Of a DNA stretch of 64,000 nt, positions 36,995 to 51,055 are shown piece after piece (the stretch's first letter is position 1; every line of letters starts with the position of its first letter). The position numbers were made by a program, and so were the translations under genes. The notes below the pieces were generated by a model. The model did not search any database. It was given only the letters and a program-made list of their open reading frames with translations, and was not told the DNA's origin. Origin of the DNA: Cetorhinus maximus (lineage: Eukaryota); contig NC_135897.1 in assembly GCF_964194155.1 (NCBI RefSeq), forward strand, positions 84,382,001-84,446,000. Direction: 5' to 3'.

Positions 36995-37822
36995 TTTTGT
37001 TCTGAAAAATAACATTTTATTGTTTAGATGGATTTTAAAAATAATATTTGAATGTAAATTGCTGTAGTTAGAATTTTACTGTTAATATATAGGCTCATAG
37101 GAAGTTTAGGAATAGAAATCCCATTTGGATCAACAAGTCTGCCTGATTTGAATTCATCTTAACCCCCTTTCTCTCCGTAGCCCTCATTCTTCTCTCTCTC
37201 TCCAGAAGCATACCAATTACATTTTTCTATGCATAGCTGTTATGAATGTGCAAAATAATTTTGACTTCTATTCCCTTCTAACTGTCAAATATTTAAATTG
37301 TATGTGATAATAGTTGAATAACTCATTGCAATGAATTTTGATCAGATTAATTTTCTTGTTTCATATCATTTACTGAGCATCAACATTCCACCTTGAGACA
37401 TCTTCTATTCTTTCCATGGATTGCATTTCTAAAGCCTTGACTGAGATATTTTCTGCTAATGAACTGCAGATTAATTTGTGATGCCTGGGCCCTTACCACA
37501 TGATAAAGGAGAGATTTGTAAAAGCTTGGGGAAGGTAGGATTGCACTTTAGTAGGACGTGTGTCCAGTTTTGTTAGTCTTGGAGAGAGAAAAAGAAAGAC
37601 TTGCATTTTTATCTAGCGCCTTTCATGACCTCTGGGGTCCTGAAACATTTTGCAGGCAATGGAGTGCTTTCTTTTTGAAGTCAAGTCATTATTGTAGGAT
37701 TCTACACTTTAATATTTTGTTCTATTGACAGTTGTTCTTTAAATTCTTGATCCAATGGTTGTTTCAGCAATGTGCATTTCGGGGAATGTTGCCTGATATT
37801 TCTGAGCACTTGATAAATGTGG

Positions 37823-40320
37823 AAGACCATAAAACGTAGGAGCAGAAGGAGGCCATTCGGCCCATCAGGTCTGCCCCGCCTTTCAATGAGATCATGGCTG
37901 ATCTGATAATTCTCAACTCCACTTTCCTGTCTTTTCCCCCTTAACCCTTGATTCCCTGACTGATTAAAAATCTGTCTATCTCAGCCTTGAATGTACTTAA
38001 TGAATCCAGCCTCTTCAGCACTCTGCGGTTAAAAAAAAATTCCACAGATTTGTTACCCTCTGAGAGAAGAAATTCCTTCTCATCTCTTTTAAATGGGCGA
38101 CCCCTTACTCTGAGATAATGCCCTCTGGTCCTAGACTCTCCCACAAGGGGAAACAACCTCTCAGCATCTACCCTGTCAAGCCCCCTAAGAATCTTATATG
38201 TTTCAATAGGGTCGCCTCTCATTCTTCTAAACTCCAATGAGTACAGGCCCAACCTACTCAACCTCTCCTCATAAGAAAATCCCTCCATACCCGGGATCAA
38301 CCTAGTGAACCTCCTCTGGAATGCCTCCAATGCCAGTATATCTTTCCTTAGATAGGGGGACCAAAATTGTTCACAGTATTCTAGGTGTGGTCTAACTGGT
38401 GCCTTGTATAGTTTTAGCAAGACTTCCTTATTTTTATACTCCATTCCCTTTAAAATAAAGGCCCACATTCCATTTGCCTTCCCTATTACCTGTTGAACTC
38501 GTATGTTAGCTTTTTTGTGATTCATGCACAAGGACTCCCAAATCCCTCAGTGCTGCAGCCTTCTGCAGCCTTTCTCCATTTAAATAATATTCCGCTTCTC
38601 TATTCTTCCTGCCAAAGTGCATAACCTCACGTTTTCCCACATTATATCCCATCTGACAAGTTTTTGCCCACTCACTTAACCTGTCTATATCCCTCTGTAG
38701 ACTCCTTGTGTCATCCTCACCACTTGCCTTCCCACCAATTTTTGTGTCATCTGCAAACTTGGCGATAGTACATTCACTTCCCTCATCTAAATCATTAATA
38801 CATATTGTAAATAATTAAGGCCCCAGCACTGATCCCTGTGGCACTCCACTGGTTACAGGTTGCCATTCCGAAAATGCCCCCCTTATCACAACTCTCCGTC
38901 TTCTATTTGTTAGCCAATCCTCTATCCATGCTAATATACTACCCCCAACACCATGGGCTCTTATCTCATTAAGTAGCCTTATGTGTGGTACCTTATCGAA
39001 AGCCTTCTGGAAATCCAAATATATTATGTGTACTTGTTCCCCTTTATCTATCCTGCTTGTTACCTCCTCAAAGAATTCTAATAAATGTTAGACATGATTT
39101 CCCCTTCATAAAGCCATGCCAACTCTGCTTGATTAGATTATGTATTAAGCCATGCTGACTCTGCTTGATTAGTTTATGTATTTCTAAATGCTCTGCTATT
39201 ACACCCTTTATAATAGACTCCAACATTTTCCCAATGACAGATGTTAAGCTAACTGGCCTGTTTTTCGTCTTCCTCCCTTTTTGAATAAGGGTGTTACATT
39301 GGCCGTTCCCCAATCCTCTGTCGCTTTTCCAGAGTCTAAGGATTCTTGGAAGATTACTACCAGTGCATCCACTATTTCTGTAGCTACTTCCTTGAATATC
39401 CTAGGATGCAACCCATCAGTTCCAGGGGACTTATCGGCCTTTAGGCCTATTAGTTTCCCTAGTGCTTTTTCACGAGTGATAGTTATTGTATCTAATTCCT
39501 CCACCCCTTTTGCCCCTTGATTATTTATTATTTTTGGAATGCTATTAGTATCTTCTATCGTGAAGACTAAAGTAAACTATTTTTTCAACTCATCTGCCAT
39601 TTCCTGGTTCCCCATTATTATTTCCCCAGCTTCATTCTCTAAGGGGTCTATGTTCACTTTGGCCTCTCTCTTCTTTTTTATATATTTAAAGAAGCTCTTA
39701 CTGTTATTACATTACTTGCTAGTTTACCCTCAAAGTTTATTTTCTCCTTCTTTATTATTTTTTGGTCATCTTTTGTTGGTTTTTAAATCTTTCCAAATCC
39801 TCTGGTTTACCACTAATCTTTGCCACATTGTATGTTTTTTCCTTCAATCTGTCCTTAAGTTCCTTGGTTAACCATGATTGGTTTATCCTCACTGGGATAT
39901 ATATTTGTTGAGAGTCACGAACTATTTTCTTAAACGTCTGTCATTGTTCATCAACCGTCTTTTCTGCTACACTCCTTTCCCAGTCCACTCCAGCCAACTC
40001 TGCTCTCATTTCATTGTAATTGCCCTTATTTAAGTTAAGCACAGTTGTTTCTGACCCAAGTTTCTAATTCTCAAACTGAATGCTAAACTCTACTATGTTA
40101 TGGTCACCATTTCCTATGGGATCTTTTGCTCTGAGATCATTTACTAAACCTGCCTCATTACACATTACCAGATCAAAAATAGCATAATCCCTGGTTGGAT
40201 TCACAACACATTGTTCTAAGAAACTGTCCCGAATGCACTCTATGAATTCTTGCTTGTGTCTACCTCTGCCAATTTGATTTTCCCATTCTACATGAAGATT
40301 AAAGTCACCCATGATTAATG
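37823..40320 (-). mobile_element. CR1 LINE, about 2.5 kb, endonuclease end through 3' tail
   Basis: MGDFNL, KSPGTDGLHPR, DFQKAFDKVPH, GVPQGSVLGP, RPHLEYC; CR1 tail. Confidence 0.95.
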
Positions 40321-42134
40321 GGCAGTTGGACTTGTCAAAAATAAAATAAAGCTTTTAAAAATATTTTTGCATATCTTGTAAAGTAGCTGCCTGTAAAGGA
40401 GACAACAGTTGCAGCCAGACCACTTACCCATTGGCCTCTGTTGAAGCATGTTGTATGAATATGCCAAATTATTAGTGATTTAAATTACAGGAACTTTAAT
40501 CGATAGCAATTCTTGCTTGGAAAGGAGAAATTTATTTATGCACCAGTAAATTCCATAGTTACTGCTACATAATGCTACTTAAATATTGGGTCTATCTGAA
40601 TGGTAACTTGCAAAGCAATGTACCATTATTATGGGATCCTGCTGTGTAAAAATGTTGACTGATGTAGCTAATGCTCTTCCAATGTAGCCATTGTCTACGA
40701 AGCTCTTTGAGGAGAGAAACCTTGTTACTCTGAGGGGTCTGATATGTCAGGGACAGCAAGATTTTTTTTTTACAAATATCACCAGTTTCTAAATCATATT
40801 GGAGGCAGGTTTTGAATACTTGGGTTCACGTAAAAAAACAAATTGTGACCTTGAGTTTTCCATTTTGACATCATTGTACCTCAGTTGGATCACAGCCTTC
40901 ATTAGGTTTTGGTGCTGCTGTTCTAAAATCTAAAATCCAACAGAGGGCACTGTCTTATCATCAGTGATGTAACCAGCAAACCCCAATTTGTCACGGAAAT
41001 TGTGAAGAATTGTTTAATAAATGTTAACCACTTGCTAAACCTCATTTGAGGATTTTGTCCCAAAAATATGTTGACCTTCAAAACCCACTGAAGCATATAA
41101 ACCAGAGGAAATATGAACATATCAAATATTTTTCTATCTGCTGAATTACCCAAGGCAAGTTATTGATTAAATGCAAATAAATGCCATAAGTGTGAAAAAA
41201 GTAATGTTGCAGTGAACTGGTGAGCCTATGAACATATGATCGATGTGCGATCACTCTGCGCTAGTACCCCCATGCTCTTTCAAGATAACCATCTGCCTAT
41301 GGCTGATAATTCAGCAGAGAAACTCTGAGGAATGGGACGCACACCTTACTGGCATTCCAGCCTACTGAACCCTTTTCCCGCTTGTTTCTCTCTCACTTTT
41401 CTCCCTGCTCACTCTTGTGGACTCTCCGGTCCAATTTTCAGCTCAGAACGTTTGTCCAGTTCACCTCACCCCCCCCCAATTTCCTCTCCTCTTCATTCAG
41501 GGCCATCTGGCTAGTTATGGAATCCGTAGCTCACAGTGACTGAGAACTTAAAACACTTCCCTGGGATTTTGTGGCTCAGCTGTTCACCACTGTAGCCAGG
41601 AGACCCCAAGAGCCATGTTAATCCAGTGTTTGCAAAGGCTTTTAAAATGGCCTTGAAAATGTGTGTGTCTAACCTACATGTCAAATATCAAAATAGAGTT
41701 AAATGTCAAAATCAACCCAATGATTTCTTCATGCTAAGAGTCCCCCCCCTCCCCCCTCCCGCTTCCATCTAGCTCTTGTGTGTTCTTGCGCTTTCTCTGT
41801 TTCTGGACTGAAACTGTAGTTTAATTGCCAACTCAATTTTGTTTTAGTTTATTGTGTTCAACAGCTTCATAACATATAACTTTGCTGCGAGCTTTTCAAA
41901 CCACACCTGGTGGGGACTACATAGAGCCTCAGAATGTGGGACTCGATCCTTATCTCTGACATTCAGTCGTTATAAAATAATAAAAGCCTTATTTAACCAC
42001 CATGTTCGGGGCTGTGACAAAGGATTCTACTCTGAATATTAACCTGCCTTTGTCTTTCAAGTGTTGACTGATCTCTGCAATTTCAACATGTTATTGTTAT
42101 ATTTACTAATTTCTTTCTCCTAATGATGCAAATC

Positions 42135-42225
42135 ACAAAAACAAAACAAAAACAGAATTACCTGGAAAAACTCAGCAGGTCTGGCAGCATCGGTGGAGAA
42201 GAAAAGAGTCGACGTTTCGAGTCCA
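42135..42225. mobile_element. Penelope terminal fragment
   Basis: aaaacagaattacctggaaaaactcagcaggtctggcagcatcggtggagaag...gacgtttcgagtcc. Confidence 0.7.
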
Positions 42226-42277
42226 CATCCAAATCACATCCCTTGTTTTCCCAACTTATACAAAGAAAAAAATGAGA

Positions 42278-42570
42278 ACTTACTTAGGATCAGCTACAGA
42301 TCTTGATGTTTTCTGTAAACCTTCACAGATGATGACCCTTTTGACAATTTCCTCAGCATGCAATTCTAACACCAAATGAATCCAAAGCTGCTGAAGTGAA
42401 GCTTAAATAAAAGGAAGAAAGATAGTTGTCCAACCCGAAATAAATTTACTGGTTTGTGGAGTAACTGTGTAAGCAAACGGTAGATGACAACTATTTATCA
42501 AACTGGTGTGGTAGGTGGGGCTGCTGTTCCTCAGATATCACACCTTTCAGGAAGTTACAACTTCCTTTAT
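42278..42570 (-). promoter_or_regulatory. Candidate first exon and promoter of the P2RY14-like gene
   Basis: Donor GTAAGT at 42283-42278 (minus). AT-rich TATA-like stretch at about 42403-42412, RUNX-type TGTGGT at about 42507, and ETS-type CAGGAAGT / ACTTCC at about 42548-42565, all in a non-repetitive island. Confidence 0.35.
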
Positions 42571-42847
42571 AATCTTAAACGGGGCAGATTCTAGAACGTG
42601 TTGTCGATTGTCAACACCAGTTTGAGGCCCATTTGGTAGCCATTGGTGCTCAGTGCCTCCAGAAAAATGTAGCTCTCGGGCTCTTTGTCAGTCTCCTTTG
42701 GATTAAGATGAAAGAACAGGTGTCACGGATGAACCCTGTACGAATGAGGAATTTCCAAAGAATTGCTAATTAGATTTTGGGAATCTTCTTTCAAGAGAAA
42801 AAATTGTAAGAAAGAGTTACCTCTAAATTTCTTCTGAACAAATGCAT

Positions 42848-45800
42848 TTGGAGCAGGAGTAGGCCACTCGGCCCCTCGAGCCTGCCCTGCCATTCAGTCA
42901 GATCATGGCTGATCTGATTGTTATCTCCCGCCTACCCCCAATACCTTGCATCCGCTTGTTGATCAAGAATCTATCTATCTCTGCCTTAAAAAAAAACAAA
43001 GATTCTGCTTCCGCTGCCTTTTGAGAAAGAGAGAACCAAAGACTCACCGCCCTCAGAGAGAAAATTTCTCCTCATCTCTGTCTTAAATGGGTGAACCCTT
43101 ATTTTTAAACAGTGGTCACTAGTTCTAGATTCTCCCACAAGAGGGGACATGCTGTCCACAGCCACCCTTCAAGACCCCTCGGGATCTTAAAGGTTTCAAT
43201 CAAGTTGCCTCTTACTCTTCTAAACTCCAGTGGATACAAGTCTAGCTTGTCCAACCTTTCCTCATAAGACAACCCACCCATTCCTGGTATTAGTCTAGTA
43301 AACCTTCTCTGAACTGCTTCTAACACATTTACATCCTTCCTTAAATAAGGAGACCAGTACTGTACACAATACTCCAGATGTGGTCTCGCCAGTGTCCTGT
43401 ACAACTGAAGCATAACCTCCTTACTTTTGTATTCAATTCCCCTCGCAATAAACAATAACATTCTATTAGTTTTCCTAATTACTTGCTGTACCTACATATT
43501 AGCCATTTGTGATCCATGAACTAGAAAACCCAGATCCCTCTGAATCTCAGAGCTCTACAATCTCTCACCATTTAGATAACAAGCTTCTTTTTTATTATTA
43601 GTGCCAAAATGGATAATTTCACATCTGCCCACTTTATACCCCATTTGCCAGATCTTTGCCCGCTCACTTAACCTTCTATGTCCCTTTGTAGCCTCCTTAT
43701 ATCCTCTTCACAACTTACTTTCCTATCTATCTTTGCGTCATCAGCAAATTTAGTAACCATACCTTCAGTCCTTTCATCTAAGTCATTTATATAAATTGTA
43801 AGATATTGAGGCTCCAGCACTGATCCCTGTGGCACACCATTCGTCACATCCTGCCAACCAGAAAAGGACCCATTTATGCCTACTCTCTGTTTCCTGTTAG
43901 CTAGCCAATGTTCTATCCATGCCTCAACACCATGAGCTTTTATTTTCCTCAGTAACCTTTGATGTGGCACTTTATCAAATGCTTTCTGGAGATCGAAGTT
44001 CAGTATATCTACCAGTTCCCCTTTATCCACAGCACATGTGACTCCTTCAAAGAACTCCAATAAATTGGTTAAACATGATTTCCCTTTTGCAAAACCATGT
44101 TGACTCTTCCTGATTGCCTTGAATTTTCCTAAGTGCCCTATCATAACATCTTTAATAATGACTTCCAACATTTTCCCTAAGTCAGATGTTAACCTAACTG
44201 GTCTGTAGTTTCTTGCTTTGCGTCTCCCTCCCTTTTTAAATAAGAAAGTTACATTTGGTGTTTTCCAATCTAATGGAACATTCCCAGAATCTCGGGAATT
44301 TTGGAAAAGTAAACCAACGCATCAACTATCTCTTAGCCACTTCTTTTAAGACCCTAGGATGAAGTCCATCAGGACCCGGGGATTTGTCAGCCCACAACTC
44401 CAACAGTTTACTCAGTACCACTTCCCTGGTGATTGTAGTTTTCCTGAGTTCCTCCCTTCTTCCAATTCCTGGTTTTTGGCTATCTCTGTGATGTTACTTG
44501 TAGCCTCTATAGTGAAGACTGATGCAAAATACCTGGTCAATCCATCTGCCATCTCCTTACTTTCCATTATTAATTCCCCAGACTCACTTTCTATAGGGCT
44601 AATGCTCACTTTGCTAACTTTTTTCTTAATTAAATATCCGTAGAAACTCTTCCTATCCATCTTTATGAGCAAAATTTTTAGCTTGGCGGGCAGGCGTGCG
44701 CCCGACCCAACCAAGCGTAAAATGACAGGTGATGACGTTGGGCGAGCTTCCCGATGTCATTGCGCACTCGCGCGATATTTCAGTCGGTGGGTGCAAGCCA
44801 GAGTCGGCAGCACGCCCGCCAACAATTAAAAGGCCTGTTAAGGCCATTGAATTATCAATTCACTTGAATTTTTCGCTGTGCCCGAGCATTGGCGGGGCGG
44901 GCGAGAAGGCCAAGTGGCCTTTGCGCTTTTTGGGAGACCTCGTCCACGGGCGGGATGAGGTTTCCTAAAGCAAACAATAAAGCGAAATAAAAATTTTAAA
45001 ATTTAATTAATAGCATGTCTCCGCTCATGTGACAGAGTCACATGACGGCACGTTTCATTACATTTTTATTTTCTTTATTTCTCTCTTTTATGCCTCTTCA
45101 TCTCACTGAGGTAGCTCTTTGCCTCGGGGAAATTATGAAGTGTGCACTTGTGCACCTGCTTGAAGTTCTCGCGCTCGCCCTCCTCCCCCTCTCTCCCGCC
45201 GCCCCCCCGCACAGGCAGAGCTGAGCGCTGCCACTCGCCTTTCATGCTGAGTGGGCCTTAATTGGGCCTAAATCACCTTCCGGCCCTGACCATGGGCGGC
45301 GGTCGTCTTCCCATCCGCCACTGCCTCCCCCCACCGCTGAGCCCACCCGACATGCGGGAAATTGTGCCCTATATTTCTAGCCAGCTTTCTCTTGTACTCT
45401 ATTTTTTTCCCTCCTGATTAATCTTTTTGTCATTCTTTGCTGTTTTTTTATATTCTGTCCACTCTTTTGACCTGTTGCCTGTCTTTGAGCAATTATATGC
45501 TTTTTCTTTAAGTTTTACACTATCTCTAGCTTTTTTAGTTAACCATGGATGTTGTGTCTTCCCCTTGGGATTTTCCTTTCTTGTTGGAATATATCTATTC
45601 TTTCTATCCTGAAAAATCCCCTTAAATGACTGCCACTGCAACTCTATGGACATTGACCTATCCCTTAACTTAATTAGCCTGTATACTTTAGCTTGCTCTG
45701 CTTTCATGCCCTCATAATTGCCCTTATATAAGTTTAAATACTGTTCTTGGACCCACTCTTCTATCCCTCAAACTCAATGTAACATTATAATTGCTGCTAC

Positions 45801-45958
45801 GTAGAGGGGCTTTCACTATGAAATTGTCAGTTAATTCTATCCCATTGTACAATACCAGGTCTAGTATAGCCTGTTTGCTGGTTGGCTTTAGAACATGCTG
45901 TTCAAAGAAACAATATTCTATGAACTTCTCATCTAGGCTACCTTTGCCCATTTGATTT
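42848..45958 (-). mobile_element. CR1 LINE, about 2.4 kb, interrupted by a MITE
   Basis: SQHGF.KGKSCLTNLLEFFE, DLQKAFDKVPH, KFADD, RPHLEYCVQYWSP. Confidence 0.95.
44667..45369. mobile_element. Harbinger-type MITE inserted in CR1
   Basis: Imperfect TIRs gagcaaaattt / aaattgtgccc, 3-bp duplication TAT (44664-44666, 45370-45372). The CR1 sequence rejoins on removal. Confidence 0.85.
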
Positions 45959-46049
45959 CTCCTTGTGCATTTTCTCTCATGACAGATTTCAAAGACTAGC
46001 CTGAGGTCTAAGAGCAGGCAGCACCTTTCACAGTTTCAAGGGGCTGCAC

Positions 46050-46430
46050 AGTGCTTTACAATCTATGAAATACTTTTGCAGTTTTGTCACTGTTGCAATG
46101 CAAGATAAGGGGGACTCAGTTTGTACACAGGAAGCTGCACAATGTGATTATGATCACATAATTTGTTTTTCAATGATGTTTGAAAGATTGATATTGGTCA
46201 AGACACAGGGGATAAATCTCATGTTCTCTTATAAAAAATAGTGCTTGAGAGGACAGGGAGTGTCTCAGTTTAACGTCTTATCCTGAAGCTACACCTCTGA
46301 CAGTGCAGCACTCTCTCAGTACTGGCACCAGAATGTCAGCTTTGTTTATTTTCTCAAGTCCCTGGAGTGGGACTTCAAACCATTGCTGTCTGTCTGAGGC
46401 GAGATTGCTACCAGCTGAGTCATGCCTGAG
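46050..46430 (-). mobile_element. DeuSINE (SacSINE1-like), near full length
   Basis: tRNA-like head (gactcagctggtagc...gggtttgaagtcccactcca), Deu core (gagtgctgcactgtcagaggtg...aagacgttaaactgag) and 3' tail. Confidence 0.75.
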
Positions 46431-47844
46431 TTAACACTGAAGAAAGGTGAAGGGGGAAAGGATGCTTCAAAAATGCTAATATTGTCCTCCCCTTTTGTAT
46501 CTGCAGAGTAGGAAATTGGAACAAGAAAAGATGATTTCATTGATTAATGCAAGCAATATAGATTGTTTCTGAACGGTAAGCTGTGAGGCTTGGTGTAGGA
46601 AATGATATTGTTGGTCATGGACAATATGAAAGCTGTCAAAAAGATAGATAGAACAATGGAAAGAGAAGAGATTGGTGATTATTATTGATATTATCGATGA
46701 CCAGCTCCTTTTTGTTCTTCCATTCAGGGGGTGTGGTTGGGGCTGGCTATCAATCTAGACACTCTCACCTCAGGAATCAATCTAGGATTAATCTCACGTT
46801 GATCCAGAGCTTCCTGAAGCAGCGTACGTGGAAAGTTACACTGAAATATACACCAAACTTCAAATCAGCAAGCTGCGACAATTTTTCCTGAGAATTTCAT
46901 TATCAAGAGCTGGGATGTGAAAACCAATGTTAAGCTCGAGGAAAACAGTGTAAACAGTTGTCTAAGCAAAGCACCAAACTTGCAACATTTTCCTTCTTCG
47001 GGTCCCTGATGAAAATTAAAGTTGAAGCAAGCAAACCATCACTAAGCACTGAATGTTTGAGGAATTTTTAAATGTAAATTATTCTTATGCAATAAAGATG
47101 CATTCAGAGATGGAGGAAATTGTCATTGCGGAGAATCGTCAGCAATACTTCTGGCACGCTGGGAGACTTTTCAAAGTGATATTGCAATTCTGCTTGTGGT
47201 AGACACTGAGCTGACCAAATAGAGAGAAATTTTAATGAACGGAAACCAGAGCACTATAGATGCTGGGAATGCGAAACTAAATCAAAAACCCTGGAAACAC
47301 TCAGCAGGTCTGAGAGCATCCCACAGAACTGAGGAAGCATTCCAATACTCGAACTCCAACTTGTGTGTTCTCACCAAATGTTGTCTGAACTATTGCAGGT
47401 GTCGAGGATTTTAAATGATGGGGTTTCTGCCTCAGTAACCACTCCATATAATGTGTTCTAATAATCCTGAGCGACAACTTCCCCTTTCATTCTTCTGTTG
47501 ATAATCTGGACTCTATGTCTCATTGTTTCTGCTTTTTGCCAAAGGGGTAACAACCTATCACTATTTACCACTTCAAAACTCTTGTGAAAGATTATTTCTC
47601 CCTTAACTGCTGTTGTGATAAATAATAGCGTTTACGTTTTGCATTTTAAAATGTTATTCTTTGCTGTACTTTTTCCCATGACCCTAATGATCTTACGCCC
47701 AAATTTGCATGCAGAACTCCCAAATGTAGCCTCACCAATTGTCATCAATTTTATATTTAATGTCCTCGTTTTAACATTTGTAATTTCATTTATCTTATTA
47801 TTGATTCTTCTCCATGCCCATCCATTTGTGATCATCACACTTTA

Positions 47845-49440
47845 GGAGAGATGTGAGGAACCTTGAGATGGTGCAGAAGCGATTTACCAGAATTGTTTCC
47901 AGGAATGGGGGATTTCGGTTAGAACGTTGTTTAGAAAAGCTGGAGCTGTTCCCCTTGGAGAAACTTAAGGGAGATTTGATAGAAGTGTAGAAGACAAGTT
48001 TGGATAACTGTTCCCATTAGCTGATAGCACAAGGAGCAGCGGAGTCAGATTTAAGGTTTTGGGTAAGAGGTGCAGGGGGACTGTGAGGAGGAACTTTTTT
48101 ATGCAGTGAGTAGTACTGACCTGGAACACCCTGCTCATGAGGATCCTGGAAGTGGAAACAGTCAATGATTTCAAACGGAAATTGGATGGGCACTTGCGAG
48201 AAATAAACTTGCAGGGCTATGGGGCTCATGGGAGGAGTGGGGTTGACTGGATTGCTCTGTGGAGAGCCGGCACGGTCTCCATTGGGCCCAATGGACTTTT
48301 CCTGTGCCATTCGTTAACGACTCTATGACAATCCCTTCAATGGATTGTGTGCCTGGACCCCTGGATCCTTATGTTGCATTTTCACAGAATCACAGAATTG
48401 GTATGGTGCAGAAGGAGGCCATTCAGCCCATCGTGTCTGCACTGGCTTTCGAAATGAGCATTATGACTTAGTGTCACTCTCCTGGGCCTTTTCCCCAAAC
48501 CCTTGCACATTGTTTCTATTCAAATAATCATCTAATGCCCTCTTGAATGCTACTCAAACAGATCATGGCTGATCATCCACTCCTATACCATTTATTCCCA
48601 CATATCCCCATATCTCTTGATGTCAACAGTCTCCAGAAATCTATCAATTTCTGTCTTGAATATGCTTAATGACTGAGCCTCCACAGCCCTCTGGGTAGAG
48701 AATTCCAAAAATTCTCCAGCCTCTGAGTGAAGAAATTCCTCCTCCTCTCAATCTTAAATGGCCTACCCCTTATCCTGAGATGCTGTCCCCTAGTTCTAGG
48801 TTCACCAGTCAGGGGAAACATCCTATCCACATTTACCCTGTCACACCCTGTAAGAATTTTGTAAGTTTCAATGAGATCACCTCTCATTCTTTGAAACTCT
48901 AGAGAATGCAGGCCCAGTTTCCTGAATATCTCCTTATAAAACAATCCCGCCGCCCAAGGGATTAGTCTGGTGAACCTCCGTTGAACTCCCTCTATGACAA
49001 GTATATCCTTTCTTAGATAGGAGACCAAAACTATACATACTATTCCAGGTGTGGTCTCACCAAGACTCCACAATTGCAGCAAGACATCCTTACTCCTGGA
49101 CTCAAATCCTCTTGCAATGAAGGTCAGCATACCTTTTGCCTTCCTAATTGCTTGCTGCACCTGCATGATAGCTTGTAGTGACTCGTGAACAAGGACACCC
49201 AGGTCCCTTTGGACATCAACGCTACCCAAAGTTTCACCACTTAAGAAATACTCTGCCTTTTTATTTTTTTCTAGCAAAATGGATAACGTTGCGCTTATTT
49301 CATATTACATGCCATCTGACCTGTTCTTGCCCATTCACCTCACATTTCTAAATCCCCTTGAAGCCTCCTTGGCATTCTCCTCACAACTTACATTGCCACC
49401 TAGTTTTGTGTCAACAGCAAATTTGGAAATATTACAAATG
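47845..49440. mobile_element. Adjacent CR1 fragments (47845-48330 plus; 48385-48550 and 48555-49440 minus)
   Basis: NDFKRKLDGHL; QRDLGVLVH..LRKDILVIEGVQRRFTRLIP..MRGDLIETYKIL. Confidence 0.9.
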
Positions 49441-50112
49441 TTCCATCTGTGAAAGGTGGCACCTCAACAGTGCATCATTCCCTAAGAATTGCTTAGTTAA
49501 TGTGCTCAAGTCTCTGGTGTGGGGCTTGAACCCACAACCACTGACTCAGGCATAAGCGCTACCAACTGAGCCAAGGCTGACGCTTAATAGGTGATCTGTA
49601 GGCTTAGCACAGCACTTGGTTTATAGTATCAAAGACCTGTAGGTGAAGCAGATGTAGACAGCACTATATGAGTGGCCCATTTTAAGAATATGCTTTTCGT
49701 GTTAAGTTTGCGAACATATGGTTATATCCTCATTCACGTTCATCTCTTAAAAAAAGAGAAAAGAAGGGACAGAGCACATTTGGATTTGTGGAAGTAAAGT
49801 GCAATGGATTACTGGAAAATGAGCCTTCTGCTCTTGGGTAGCTAGGAAATGTCTGAGAGGTACATGATACTTCCTTGTCGGAAAGCCAATTGCTGCAATC
49901 TAAGTTCGGGTGTTAGTGGTGGAGTATTGTGGTGACTGTTAAGATTCGATGCTACAATTAGCTGGCTTAGGATTTGTAGGAGAGCAAATGATTTGGCTGA
50001 AAGAGTTTTTATATCCATAACAACATGGGGGACAGTGCTTTTTTGGAGCCGGGTGACCAATTGGATGTTTTAGTTGACAGTAATGTCTTGCTTTATATTG
50101 AGGCGATTCCAT

Positions 50113-51055
50113 TCAGAGAATTCTTTCTACTCGCATCTTTTTAAATAGCAGCCTGGTGAATGACTTGCACAGCAGGATGTAGATAAAAGGGTCAAGGAAA
50201 GTGTTAAACGCACAGAGAAGCTGTGAGACCTCCTTTGCATAGTACAGTGTGTTGTATGTGGTACAGTCTCTCTGATCAGTTCGGCCGTTGTCATAGGGGA
50301 CTCTGATAATCTGGTAAGGCACAAAGCAAATGAAGACTCCCATGATGCTGAATATGTTACGATTTGCTTTCTTTTTCACGTTGCTGGAGTCCTTTTGGAA
50401 TTTTTGATCGGACCAGTATACTTTTTTTTTAAGATGGCTGAATAACACACAGTGAGGAGAACAAAAGTGATCCAGAAAATAACTTTGCATTTGAAAACCT
50501 TGAAATGGTGCCAAGCCTCACCCAACTTGTTTTTCAACTGATAACACTGTGCTGCGGTTTTCTCTGTAGGGGTCTGGTTTGTCAGAATAATGTTCGGCAG
50601 CGCAGAGCCCATCGTGAAGACCCAACAACCTGCACTGATGACTTGGGTAAAGATGACCTTTTGCACCATGAGGTTTCTCATGGGCCACACTATCTTCAGA
50701 TACCTGTCGAAACTGATCAGGCCGAGGAACATTATGCTCAGGTACATGCTGCTATAGAAGAGCACGAGAGTGTAACGACACACAAATGCTTTCAACTGCC
50801 AGGGTCCAAGACGTGAATCAGACAGGATTTTAAAAGGAAGCGTGATGAGCATCATCACATCAGTGGTGACGATGTTCTTGAGTTAAACCACAAAGCTGGA
50901 TTGATTTGGAATGTGACAGAAGACCCAGGCGGCCAGTGCGTTCAGCAGTAACCCTCCAATAAAAAGAAAGAAATACAAAACTGGAAGGACCACTCTTGCG
51001 GTGTTCCTCAGTCTGTGCAGCCTGTGATGTTGGGAGAATCTGTCCTTGTGTTCAT
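50113..51055 (-). pseudogene. P2RY14-like pseudogene, paralogue of 36026-36994
   Basis: Colinear with the intact gene but split over three ORFs. Frameshift near 51010 (MNTRTDSPNITGCTD then TGA), TAT>TAA nonsense at 50883-50885 in YLKN, frameshift in the A9 run at 50422-50430, and a one-codon deletion in TM6 (FTICF>FICF). Confidence 0.88.

Noticed and set aside
36995-37015. MLFFRTK N-terminal extension in the ORF track
   Set aside because: It spans a polypyrimidine tract plus AG acceptor, so it is most likely intronic.
46360-46430. tRNA genes at SINE heads (also 24506, 49510-49585, 54497)
   Set aside because: Only degenerate A/B boxes continuing into SINE bodies; no cloverleaf.
50376-50858. 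160-aa and 133-aa GPCR ORFs as separate short genes or a split receptor
   Set aside because: They are frameshifted pieces of one colinear paralogue, with no introns to rescue the frame.
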